From Chrysomallon squamiferum (Eukaryota; Animalia; Mollusca), in NCBI GenBank assembly GCA_012295275.1, contig CM022679.1, positions 7,502,001 through 7,566,000 on the forward strand: a stretch of 64,000 nucleotides of DNA, written 5' to 3'. The position numbers and the translations under genes are program-made. Of this stretch, positions 11,056 to 23,768 are shown one piece after another. How positions within the stretch are numbered: the stretch's first letter is position 1; the number at the start of each line of letters is the position of its first letter. The notes under the pieces are model-generated. The model was not told where the DNA came from. It saw only the letters and a program-made list of their open reading frames with translations, and did not search any database.

Positions 11056-11774
11056 ACATTCCATCCTGGTAATTTTCGTTTGTAGAATCTTTTAAATCTA
11101 TGGTAATTAGTCCAACTTTTTTCTTTCTTTCTTTCATTCTTTCTCGTTGTCTTCGTAGTAGTAGTAGTAGTAGTAGTAGTACTAGTATTTCTTTTCTTCT
11201 TTTTTGTTTTCAGTTATTAATCTTCAGTAAAACAAAATTACTGAAATTCAAATATTAGTCATTTACAAGCAGAACTAGCCAACGTCCAGCATTCATTGTT
11301 TGCAGTGGCTGAACATTAATTACATTATTTTGTTTTATGTCGATCGCTTTCTTCCTTTGACACACAACAAAATACACATCTGCAGAATTGTGTCATTGGA
11401 CAGGAGTCCGCCATTGTAGTAGGACAACAGTGCTACTTGATACTATCACAATACCACACAGATAACCGCATTTACCCGAAATATGAATACATTTGCCCAC
11501 GGGTGATGCTACCCTGATTAAATTTTCAAAACATTGACCAAGAAATATCATATTCGTAATCGGAATAAATTACTAGTACCATTTGGCAGAAGAAATATTT
11601 AATACATAATTAAACATATTTTATATTATGTAAAGTCTTTCAGTTTGTATATAATAAAATTTGATAGAAATTCTTAAAGGCGTACAAATCAAGAACAGAA
11701 AAACATTAATGAACGTTTTGTCGAACTTTACATTCATCAAGGACTGCAGCTGTATTTAAATGAAATGAAATGGG

Positions 11775-11778
<4 letters not shown>

Positions 11779-11831
<53 letters not shown>
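11779..11831. repeat. (ATT)n microsatellite
   Basis: Direct reading. Similar (ATT)n tracts at about 7459-7497, 19860-19937 and 29490-29547. Confidence 0.95.
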
Positions 11832-11834
<3 letters not shown>

Positions 11835-12208
11835 ATACAGTAGAGTAAATTTGTCAGCAAAATTAAAATTCAAAAATGCCAACGTTATACATTTTGGATG
11901 TTCCTTTTGTTCTGTGTACTTTCAACTTCTTTGTAATCGTTTTCCTTTCTTGCAAAAACTTGATGATTACCTTTAAAAAAATGGATGAAAGCAATTAACA
12001 GAAGAAACTAAACCCTTACTTCAGTCTGGTTTTATCTTACTGTATTTTGTTAAGGACGAATCATAAAAAATAGTGCTAGACATACCATGAGTGTACCTCT
12101 GGATCTGCGTTTTTTCATAAGTTTTAAGTTTGTTATTGTTTTTTTATTCCTTGTAATAAAAACTTACAAGGTTCCTTTAAAGTGAACATACTTCCCCACA
12201 CACACACT

Positions 12209-12213
<5 letters not shown>

Positions 12214-12286
<73 letters not shown>
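12214..12286. repeat. (AG)n microsatellite
   Basis: Direct reading. Other long (AG/CT)n tracts at about 16524-16589, 27531-27607, 28929-28996, 53667-53738, 55716-55778, 56789-56879 and 58246-58359. Confidence 0.95.
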
Positions 12287-12288
<2 letters not shown>

Positions 12289-13609
12289 ATAAAAGTTATT
12301 TTCTGTATCATGTTCCATTAAAAATGTCTTGTCTGAGATATAATTCTATTTTCTAAACATTAGCCTACGTTTGTGTTCAAATATGTCTAACACTTGGACG
12401 AAGATTAATTTTAATAAGTCATTTAGTAATGCAACACATTCAGCCGGCAGCTGATAAATCTTTGTTAACAGATTGTCTCAGGAAGCATTATGATTTTCTA
12501 TCGTTTTATAGTAATAATAACTAACATATAAAATATGAGTGTATTACACCAGTAAAAAGTGCACTTAAGTCTATTATAAAGAGTATAACTTTCAAGATAT
12601 AAACAAATAATTAGGTCAACAGAAAAAATGACAGTCGAGCACTATCAACGCCCCATGCCCCCACCCCAAATGATCTGCCTTTGTACATTAAAAATATAAT
12701 TATTTCTTCACATCTTTTGGATTTTGCTTTTCGCTAACACCTTTGGTTATAATATAATTCTTTCCTAAAGCCATTCTGTTGATTAAAGTTTCGATCGAGG
12801 AAGGTTATGGGTCAACAGGTCGTGCATTTTATCATTAATCCAGAAACGTCTAGATGTACTAAAGTCACTGTGTCTTTAAGGTCGTCTGAGAACAGCTAGG
12901 TAACTTTGTATGTTTATATTATTTTCTTCTTCTTTGTTAAAACTACAACACTGTCTTTGAAAAACTCTTGTAATCCAGTAGAACAGCGGCTTAAGATATT
13001 TTGTATTAATGAAAATACGACAGCTGCGAAGAGAAACCTACCATCATTATATTTGCAATGATGCTCATCATCAGTTTACTGTTAATTTATCATCATTATC
13101 ATCATCATTTTATATCGGTCACTAAATATATTTATATGTATGTTGCCCATCTCTATATATGTGCGTTTGTATGTATTTATGTATGTTTGACTGTCTGTGT
13201 GTGTGTACTTAATATATGTATGTATGTACGTTTATATGTGATATTTATGCATGCCTGTGGATGGATGGATGGATATCTGTATAAGGATGTGCATGTGTGT
13301 GTCGCTAGTTCAAAGGCTATTATTATCAACTGTTCATCAAGTCATATTTTATACGCATATTCCCTTAGACAGGAAGGCAGGTTTTTGCTGTTTGAAAAAT
13401 CATTCATAGTTCAAACAGGCAAGCTGAGGACAGATTATGCCATCCATCATATCTCGTGCAAGAGCTACAACCAGTGTGTGTAAATGTTACCGTTTTTTTA
13501 TCACAGAGTTCTGAAAATTATTCTTTTTACTTGATACGGTATTCATTTATCATAGTCATTCTGTTATTACTCGCTATTATGTCGCTGTTTCATATGATAT
13601 ATGAACAAC

Positions 13610-13820
13610 ACACTAATTATATCTCTGTTTAATTAAGATTTTAATGTCAAAATTGTATAATTATTTAATTATTTACTATCATATTCGAATGTTAGAATTA
13701 TATTGTTATTTAATAGCCATTTCAATGCCGTTTATATCACTATTTAATATCGTATTCGAATGACGTAATTATACCTCTATTTAATATTGTATTCGCATGA
13801 CATAATTATATCATTATCTA
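13610..13820 (+). repeat. Degenerate ~37-bp minisatellite
   Basis: About 4-5 diverged copies of TATTTAATATCGTATTCGAATGACGTAATTATACCTC. Confidence 0.65.
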
Positions 13821-15941
13821 ATTAAATAACATTGGCTCGTGTTACATCCTATAATATAACTGTAAAAGTCTGACATGTCAGAACTGACAAATGTGAATTA
13901 AAACTTTGACACGTCATCCTGCTTTGGCATCGCGAATGTCAATCTTTGTGAAATTTCATCCTGAACCTGCTTTAAAGAAACTTGAAATGTCACGAGTACC
14001 AATCTGTTTTCACTGACATCAAACACGAAGATGCGCGATCTCTTGTAGCTGCAGCAGTCAACGTCCTCTTCGACGTTTCAATCAGAATATTTCTTATTGC
14101 ACCTCACAACAAACGAGAGTTTTAAGGAAAGGGTAATTCAGTTCTTCCTGTAAAATGTATCTGAGAATTTTGGAAGGTTGACGTATATCATAACGGAATA
14201 TTTATTTATTTATTTATTTATTTATTTTAATTTTACTTTATTTTATTTTATTTCCTTTTTATTTTGAAAATTTTAGTTTTTTATTTTATTTTATTATTCA
14301 TTTTTTGAAAACCTTTTGAAAATGAATTACTGTTTGTATATGAGCTATAATTATATAACTATTATTGCTGTCATTATCGTTTTTCTTTCTTTCTTCTTCT
14401 TCTTGTTTTGATTATCATTATTAGTATACTTAAAATAGGTCCCTCTGTTTAAAAAAAAAGAACCAGAATATACAGCACTAAGCATTATTTTTATCAAACC
14501 GCTGAAAGGTTTTGTGCCAAAACATTACGACCACGTAATTTTGAATATCTATCATTTCATCTTTTTATAACTAAAACTGACAGTAATCATTCTACCTGGC
14601 CATTGTTTTGTTTATTCTACAAGTCATGATGCATTTCGTTCGTTCTGGATGAAATACAAAACAGCTTTATCTCTCGTGTCAGCATATTTTAGTCCTCATG
14701 TTACAATATTAAATCTCGGGTCAAGGACGAAGTCAAGTGTCTTATAAGACATTAATTACAGAAAGCGATAAAAGCATCTCCAGTATCAGTGTAAAGATTA
14801 CGAGATTTGTTTTCCCCGTATCGCTTGGTAAACAAAAATATGGCAAAAACATTATTAGGTTATGAAGTTATGCAGGAGATCAAGACAAATCGTCCATACA
14901 TCGGGAACCACCGGGAGCCTTTAGGTTGGGAAGTGCAGTTACATATCTTGTCATAAGATTTGAACAGAGTTTAATAAGGTTAAGTAAAACCAAAACATTG
15001 ACTCTTCTTTTAATATTGCTTTATAAACTATATAACCTTCTAAACAGACACGCTGTTATCTTGCTTTAGCTGCAATATTAACAAAGATGTAATCACAAAA
15101 TGATTATAGTAGAAAAACGTGCAAGTCTGAATATGCAAGACGCCTCTCACTCTCTCTTTCTCTGATACATACATACATACATATATATATATATCATATA
15201 TCATATCATTGTGAATTTCATTTACATTGGGCCTGTATAATGTTAAGAATATCAAGGGAGACATTATTATTGTCAAAACTGTGATCCCTTATCTAACTGT
15301 AATGTCTCTGCAATTGTCATTCTTAGAAACGTGACTTGATTTAGTGTGTAAAAGTTCACCTCGATGATGTTCGCAAGTCATGTCAGAAAACAATTTTATT
15401 ACGCTTTGGTGCAGTTTGGTTTAATAAGCGGCCATTTTCAGTGAGCGAATGACTGGGGCAGCAGACATTCTAATGACACTCCCAGGAAATGCACAAACAA
15501 TTATGGAGGTTTTTAAACTGTGAAGAGATTCACTGAAATCTTTGGTGAAATTTACTTTGGCAAAAAAAAAAAAAAAAAAAAAAAAAAGATTAATACTTGA
15601 AAAATAATACCGTTATTCTTTATTTTTATTGACTGTGGATGTTATACGACGAAGTAAATGATACTGCTGTTCATTTGGATGCAATGGCTATCGTATACGT
15701 AATTGCAGTTATGTTGTTTACATGACAAGTTCGTCTTAACCACTGGTTTAGAAAAGTCTCTGATGATAAAGTAACGTTATTTAGAAGGCTTTGCAGTTTT
15801 ATTTCCAGTCATGATTTATCTCCGTTTATTACTGCACTGAATTTGTCGTCAACTTTATTGATTTTATTTTTAAGTACGGACTTTTTTGTCAAAAGAGATT
15901 TCCAAGAATTTACTTAAAAGCACAGTTTATTTTATTGATCA

Positions 15942-15998
<57 letters not shown>

Positions 15999-16194
15999 CA
16001 TACATACATTCATACATACATTTTTTTTTTTATTCCCCTTTAGATTTTAATATCGTGAAACTGTATTTGGCCAGTTGTTTAATGTGTATATTTGCGAGTG
16101 TCTGTCTGTCTGTCTGTCTGTGTGTGTGTATGTGTATGTGTTTATATTGGTATATATTATGAACATTTATTTGATAGTGTGAGTTTGCTCATGG

Positions 16195-16338
16195 ATGGAT
16201 GTACAGCCGGAGTATCCTCTGGTGGAGAATAGTTCAGACGGACATTTGGCTGGATGTCTCTAGTTCTCCAGCGATTTCCATCCAAATGTGCGTCTGAGCT
16301 GTTCTCCGCTAGAGGATACTCGGACTAATGGATGTACA
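16195..16338. mobile_element. Foldback/MITE-like element: 45-bp inverted arms flanked by an 11-bp direct repeat
   Basis: Arms 16210-16254 and 16277-16321 are 39/45 Watson-Crick complementary with a 22-nt spacer. ATGGATGTACA occurs at both 16195-16205 and 16328-16338, like a target-site duplication. Confidence 0.6.
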
Positions 16339-16519
16339 TCTGTATCTCTTCGTACAGCATATCTCTACCGAGTCAGCTAATTACGTGTTAGAATATTTAA
16401 CATGAGAGGTTTTGAAATATTTATATAATTCTGATTTAGATAAAGACTTTTTTTTTAATAAATGTATCTCATAAGAAATATCTTATTCAGTACGTCGCAG
16501 TCACAAATAGATCTGTATG

Positions 16520-16592
<73 letters not shown>

Positions 16593-17171
16593 CCTTTTAA
16601 ATCATCTAATCAGGGTTTTTTTCTTTCCGAATTGTCGTATTTGTAATTTAAAACATATAAAGCGACAACACTGCACATAAATGGTACTGCTTTCTTTAAC
16701 ATTTGAAATACTACAAAAAAACAAACATTTCCTTCATTTTATGAAGTGTACCCAGATGTACCGAGGCGCGCGCTCTTTATCAATCACATTAAAACTGGCA
16801 CTAATAGATGGTTTACACAGAAGACGTATAAAATGAGACTCCTTTTATACAGAAAAAATAAAAATAAAAATATCAAAGACAAGCCATATAAAATTAAAAT
16901 TACTTACATACAGCAAAAAAAACCTTTGTTTTCAGATATCTTGTTATTATTTGATCCTGAGCTAATTTTTCTTATTCTTTATTTCACTGAAAACAATTCA
17001 GATAAATAATAATAAAAGTAAGTAATACCTTAACGTTACATCTTCTTGTATCTGAAATACATCGCGACTAACAAGGACTGAATCATTTCATACTATAAAA
17101 TTACATAGATCAGACAGGCGACTATGTTTAGCCTAAAGAAACCCCAACTAAGCCTTTCATTTTTCACTGCT

Positions 17172-17233
<62 letters not shown>

Positions 17234-19859
17234 TACATACATATATCAATTCTGTTCATTTAACATAAATCTACAGTTGAAAGAAACTAATTTAATCTTA
17301 CATTTTCTTTAATAACGATTAAAACTTTTTACAAATTATTTGAATTCTTAGTTATTTGTATTTTTTTAATTAAAAATGAATATACTGTATACATGTCTGA
17401 TTAATTTAAAGGTTAATCTAAGACCTATTAAGATGTATTAATTTTCAGCTTTCCTGTCTTAATTACAATGTCATGAATATAACATGATTAATGTTAGCTC
17501 TATATTTCTTTTACCTGAAACACAGACATGAAAGAAACTAAATTTAGAGGAAGAAAAAGTATCTCTAATTTAATTTTTTAAAATTTATTTAAGTGTTTTT
17601 TGTGTTTTATTGTTGTTGACAATTTTATTTATTTATATATTAATGTATGATTAATCTGTTAATTTCATTATTTATATATGTATGTATGTATGTGTGTGTG
17701 TGTATGTGTGGATGTGCATCTATGTATATAATTATTATTTTAGGCAAAATAAAAAATAATGAACTCCATTCAAATCATTTGTATCTAAGAAAACATCCAG
17801 TTATGATTTTTCAGTTTGAGATTTTGATTCGCTAATAAAACAGTCTTGTTTTTGAATGACCGCGTAACGAGTACTACTTTCAGTCTTATCGATCCATTAA
17901 CACCTAATCTGATTTAGACAGCAGCTATTTTATTTTCACCCAGACGTCGTTATATGTCCTAGTTTTTTAAACAAGAAAGAAAAAGAAAAAGAAGAAAGAA
18001 AGAAAGAAAGAAAAGAAAAGAAAAGGAAATCTTCGTTTTTAACTATCTTTTCTTTAAATTTCTTGTGGTTAATACATACTTCTGGTTCGTCGGCACCAGG
18101 ATTAAATTAAAATAATAACTGTTTTCCTTTTTGGGGCCTTAAAGTAAATAACAACGTTAAAAAATCCCAACTAGAAATACAATTCATTCCCGTAAAACTG
18201 TTTCTAACAATGAGAGATAAAAATCTAATTAATTGAAAACACAAACTATGTTTCCGGCTTCTTTTTAAAAATAACGAAAAAGGAATTACTTCACTGTATT
18301 GTGATTATGTTTTGCGACATTGTCGATTATTATTCATATATCATTCATATATACATATATATGGTAGGATTTCGAATTAGTTAAATAGGTTCGTAAAATT
18401 ATTATCATCATCATGATCATCATGACGATTACTATTAGAGCAAATTCACGGTGATGACAGTAACGTTACATTCAGAGGAGTTAGAGTCCTTCCCAGCTGC
18501 CCTAATTGCTCCAGTGATTCCTCCAGGAACATGGCTCTGTGTGGGAGACTTGCCAAAGTCCGAATCTATTTGGTATTTCAGGAAGAAGAGCTTAGGGATA
18601 TCTTTGGCTTGATGTGTAATCAGAAATCTGCGCATGAAAGACGTTACATCAGAAAGACATCAGTAAAAAGCCAACTAGCTTCATTACAAATTTGTCTGAA
18701 ACATTTAAATTGTATGAATAAACGTTTTCCCTTGGAGACAATGTGAAATGGCTGCAGCAGACAGCTTGAAAACGAATTACATTTATAAAGAAAATTACCT
18801 CACAATTATGTGTGACGGCCGTTACCATGACGGATGTTGCATCTCGATCGCTGACGTAAAATGAAGTTCATTGTCTGTTGGAAGAAATATCTGGTCCACT
18901 GCTGTGATGATAAAATCATTTTAATGCATGATCAAAGATCTTGACGTGGATTTGATGACTTTTAACAAAACTTTTACAAACACTGAAAATTATACCGAGT
19001 CTCCCGAGGATTTACCGGTGTTTCCTTTCTCTTGCTCCTTTATTGTCAAGCAGCAGTCTCTGATTATTCTGAAGGTAATGTTCATCTAGTAAATGTCAAG
19101 TTGAAGACACAAATAACCCAAATCACCACTGATGTCATGCCAAGGCGTATTTGTAGACAACCGTGGCATGGATATTTTTCATACAAGTAAAACAAAAGCA
19201 GATGCTTTCGTGTTGTATTGATTTCTTTAAAAGTAATAGGCGATGAAAGACCTGCTCCAATTCAGGGATCACTTTTCCTGATCTTGGTGGGTGGTGTCAA
19301 CCTTTTTTTTCTATCTTGTCTTTTAACATGGAATCTTTTGTCTTCTTCTGAGGACCATTTCCATGTGGAAATACATAACAGCTGTTTTGTAATTTCTGTG
19401 TAACCGGTGTTATAGTTTTCTTTCCACTTTCACGTAAATTCAACAGTGACTGACGTATTTTTAAACTTTGCCTTGACTAATGCCAACAGAATTAGAAATA
19501 ACATGATTATATACCTTCAGATTTTATTCTAACGTAAACAATTTATATAGATTCGTTGACTGAGCACATTACTTTAAATTCAGTTTTTAGCTACCTACTT
19601 TCAGAAAATATTTAAAAATATTTATTCCTTAAACTGATGTGAATGATTTGAGAGGTTAATATTCCTATATCTGGTTAGTCTTAGAATTATGTGATACATG
19701 TTGCTGTCTGCAGTGTAAGGAAAGAAATATGAGTCAAAAAGAATTTTTAGTTTTTCTGCAAATTAGGAGTTTTGCGAAAAAGTATTGACACCTTTGCATG
19801 ACAAAATAATAAAATTTAATTTTTCTTTTTCATTTTGTCATTTGAGTTATGGATTTGCC

Positions 19860-19927
<68 letters not shown>

Positions 19928-21484
19928 ATTATTATTAAATCTAAATGTTATAATATTATTTTATTTTTATGAAAGAAAATTCTATTTCCCAACAAAAAAT
20001 TATATTTACACATAATGTTTTAACTATGTAATGGGATTTCGAATTTGATTTTCGCCTCTCATTTTAATGGTCTCTGTGACGTAATGACAAAAGTATCCCA
20101 GCAGGCAGTGCATAGATATTCTGATCAATTTCAAATATGTAAACAACCATCTTGTTGTTCTTTCATTAGTGATGACTGGCAGATGCAACCCAGTGCAAAC
20201 GTTTCAAACGAAAAAACCCACAAAAATAACAGAGAGACTTTTTTCCTGCATGTCTGTGCCCCCGTGATAATTATTGTATATCAATAAGTTTAATCAGAAT
20301 ACGTTTTTCCATGTGGTGTTTTACTTTGCTGGTGGCAACATCGAAGATAAATCTGGGACAGAACTCCACGATGAAGTCAGATGATGATGTCCCTACCCAA
20401 GGCATTCTTGAACAGGTTTCTGATTGAAAGCAAGTTTGGGATGACTCAAAATCATAATCATACCAGAGTAACTCGAACTTTATCATAATAAAAATTATTC
20501 TACTTTAATTTTAATACTAGGATTTATAACAGAAACTTACAGAAGAATGAATAAAATTTCTGTGAAATTACTAATATGATAATAATTAATTAATTAATTT
20601 TATTCATTGTATACAGAAGTCAGAGTAAAATAACCAATTTTCCGATCAGATATTATTTCAACAAACTTATTACAAAACTGCCACTGATTTGATTTCAAAA
20701 CAAGTTTTGAGTTTGTTTCTTGGGTAATCACATGGAACAGAATTAGGTCAATGTGTTATCAGATTCGTAAATAATATCAGAGGCATGAAGACGAACTGGC
20801 GGGTGCAGATTTCGGGATGACGGTTATAAATTACAACACCAAACATGAAGCTAAATATTTTATATATAAAAAGATGTTACATTATAAAGTATTAAATATG
20901 TGTGCATGAACTTGATTGTCATGATATAATTAAATGTACGAAAGTCAGTGTAGGCCTACTGAAAAGTCCAGGATAACATTACAGAATTTTTTACGTATTT
21001 TTATTTTTCAATCTTTCTCTTTTTTTTTCTTCAAAAGTTAACTGAAACATTATTTAAAACGACGCCTTGTATTTTTTTGCTATTAACAGCTATTATGTAT
21101 CTACCTCTTTTTTTTTCTGTTGTTTTTAATGATTACGACAGAGGAAACCCACAATTACCATTGTCTGCGCTTTTTAAATTACGTAAAAACTTCCTCTGTC
21201 TACTTCCTAGTTCATCTGTCACTCGCGGCTAATCTTTGCTAATAATAAAATATTTCCAAAAGATTACATGATGGAGGAAACTACGTTATTTCGAGCACAG
21301 AAATTTAAATCAATTACTGACAGATTACGATCAGATACACAAACTAAATTTCAAAATATATCTTCCTAAGACAAACAATTAAGAATATTTTGTTTTATCA
21401 TGACGACAGGAAATCTGAATACGCCCCTGTGTAAACGATATCACTGCCAGATGGAACATGTCAGAGTTTTTAACCTACTAAAAT

Positions 21485-21830
21485 AGAATAAAGACGCCAA
21501 ACGGTAAAATTAAACTATTATTAGAATAAAGACGCCAAACGGTAAAATTAAACTATTATTAGAATAAAGACGCCAAACGGTAAAATTAAACTATTATAAG
21601 AATAAAGACGCCAAACGGTAAAATTAAACTATTATTAGAATAAAGACGCCAAACTGTAAAATTAAACTATTATTAGAATAAAGACGCCAAACTGTAAAAT
21701 TAAACTATTATAAGAATAAAGACGCCAAACTGTAAAATTAAACTATTATAATAATAAAGACGCCAAACTGTAAAATTAAACTATTATTAGAATAAAGACG
21801 CCAAACTGTAAAATTGAACTATTATTAGAA
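21485..21830 (+). repeat. 38-bp minisatellite, 9 near-perfect copies
   Basis: Unit AGAATAAAGACGCCAAAC(G/T)GTAAAATTAAACTATTAT(T/A), starting at 21485, 21523, 21561, 21599, 21637, 21675, 21713, 21751 and 21789. No spacers. Confidence 0.97.
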
Positions 21831-22212
21831 CTGCTCCATGGTTACGTCAGCAAAGCGCTGATATTGCGGGAGTCTGTTAATGATTAAATTACCAAGTGAC
21901 CGCATGTGACTGACAAACTCGATTATTTCTTCACAGTAATCTGTCGTAAATAAAGAAAATTTAGTCTGCTGCAATTTTCAGCTTGAAAATAATTTAAAAT
22001 AATACTTTAATGGAATAAAATAGCGTGCTTTTCGGTGAATTCCGTAACTTCACAGGATTCTTTTTTTTTTTTTTTTTTTTTTTTTTCAAGTTCTAAAGTA
22101 CTAAACGAAATAAACATGTTCTTAAAGATGTTTTTCAAACCTACGTGCACTAAACACTTTATTTTCGATAAGAAAATGAATAAAATTATTTTATTTGTGC
22201 TGATCACACGTT

Positions 22213-22247
<35 letters not shown>

Positions 22248-22755
22248 TATAAAAAATGAACAGATAGAAATTGCATTTGAAATAATGATGATTAATAATA
22301 TTAATTTTTTATACTGGTTGTTGATAAAAAAAAATATATATATATTTCCACTGAAAAGAAATAAAATATATCTATAGTTTATTTTGTTTTCGAAACAGTG
22401 ACTTCATTGATATTATATATAACAGTGAAAGTCGGGTAAAAGTACTTTGAGAGATAAAGAAAAAGAAAGAAAAAGTAAAAGAGAGAGGGAAAGAAAGAGA
22501 TTCTGGAAATGATGGTTATATAACAACAAGAAACAAAGTTGTAGCAGTAGTAGTGACAGCAATAGTTGTAGTAATAGTAAAACAAAAGTTGAGATTGTGG
22601 TAATAGTAGCAGTAGCAATAAATGTAGTTATAGCAAAAGCTCTTGTAATTGCACTAGTAGCAGTTATTGTTTTTATAGTAGTAATAGTAGTAGTACCAGT
22701 AATAGCTCTAATAGTAATTAATACTAGTAGAAGTAATAATTGTAATAGTAATAAA

Positions 22756-22808
<53 letters not shown>

Positions 22809-22836
22809 ATAGTAATAGTAATAGTAGTAGTAGTAG
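22756..22836. repeat. (AGT)n microsatellite
   Basis: Direct reading. Related AGT/AGC low-complexity tracts at about 24720-24835, 42985-43070, 50870-51015 and 55950-56235. Confidence 0.9.
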
Positions 22837-23146
22837 TGGTGGAAGATGTAGTGGTAAAAGTTGTATAGTTAAAACATTAGTAGTTGAAGCAGTGAAACTG
22901 ACAGCGATCGTGTTATTTATTAAAACTGTGAAAATAAGAAACCAGCAAGATTTTGTAAAATTGGCAAAAATAAGCATAATTATTACGAAATATTTTTACA
23001 AAAAAAAAAGTAGTGTTTATATGTTTTTTATTAAAATAATTTATGAAAAGGTTCCTTTTAATTGCAAGCAATAAACAAGAACATGCTAGACATAAATTCG
23101 AAATATGTTTTTAATTTGTCTTCTTTGATCTCACAAATTATGTGTT

Positions 23147-23150
<4 letters not shown>

Positions 23151-23226
<76 letters not shown>
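23151..23226. repeat. (GT)n microsatellite
   Basis: Direct reading. (CA)n tracts also at about 17191-17228, 27706-27756 and 38111-38160. Confidence 0.95.
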
Positions 23227-23228
<2 letters not shown>

Positions 23229-23459
23229 TTCAACATGGCTAATTTATAATAAGAACGATTAGCTAATACGATATATTAGTATTTGTAAGTGATATGAAAA
23301 ATGTGAGTTTAATAATTCAAAGACATCTGTTATTTTAATCAATATGACTTTTTAATTTAATTTTATTTAATTGATTTATTTATTATTTTTTTTGTTTAAA
23401 AATATTTCATTCATTTAAAAATATTTACGTATGAACGTCCACAAATACACAAATATATA

Positions 23460-23662
23460 TACATACATACATATATACAGACAGACATACAGACAGACAT
23501 ACAGACAAACAGACAGGCAGATAAACAGACGCACGGGCGAACGGAAAGACAAACAGACAGATAGATAAATGAGACAGATAGATGATAGATAAATAGATAG
23601 ATATATAGATATACGAACAGACGTATAGATAGATAAACAGACAGACAGACAGACAGACAGAC

Positions 23663-23721
<59 letters not shown>

Positions 23722-23768
23722 AAGACAGACAGACAGACAGACAGATAGACAGATAGACAGATAGATAT
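23460..23768. repeat. Compound (TACA)/(GACA)/(GATA)n tetranucleotide repeat
   Basis: Direct reading. Confidence 0.9.

Noticed and set aside
21485-21830. CRISPR-like array (38-bp repeats)
   Set aside because: The units are contiguous with no unique spacers, there are no cas genes, and the context is eukaryotic. It is a minisatellite.
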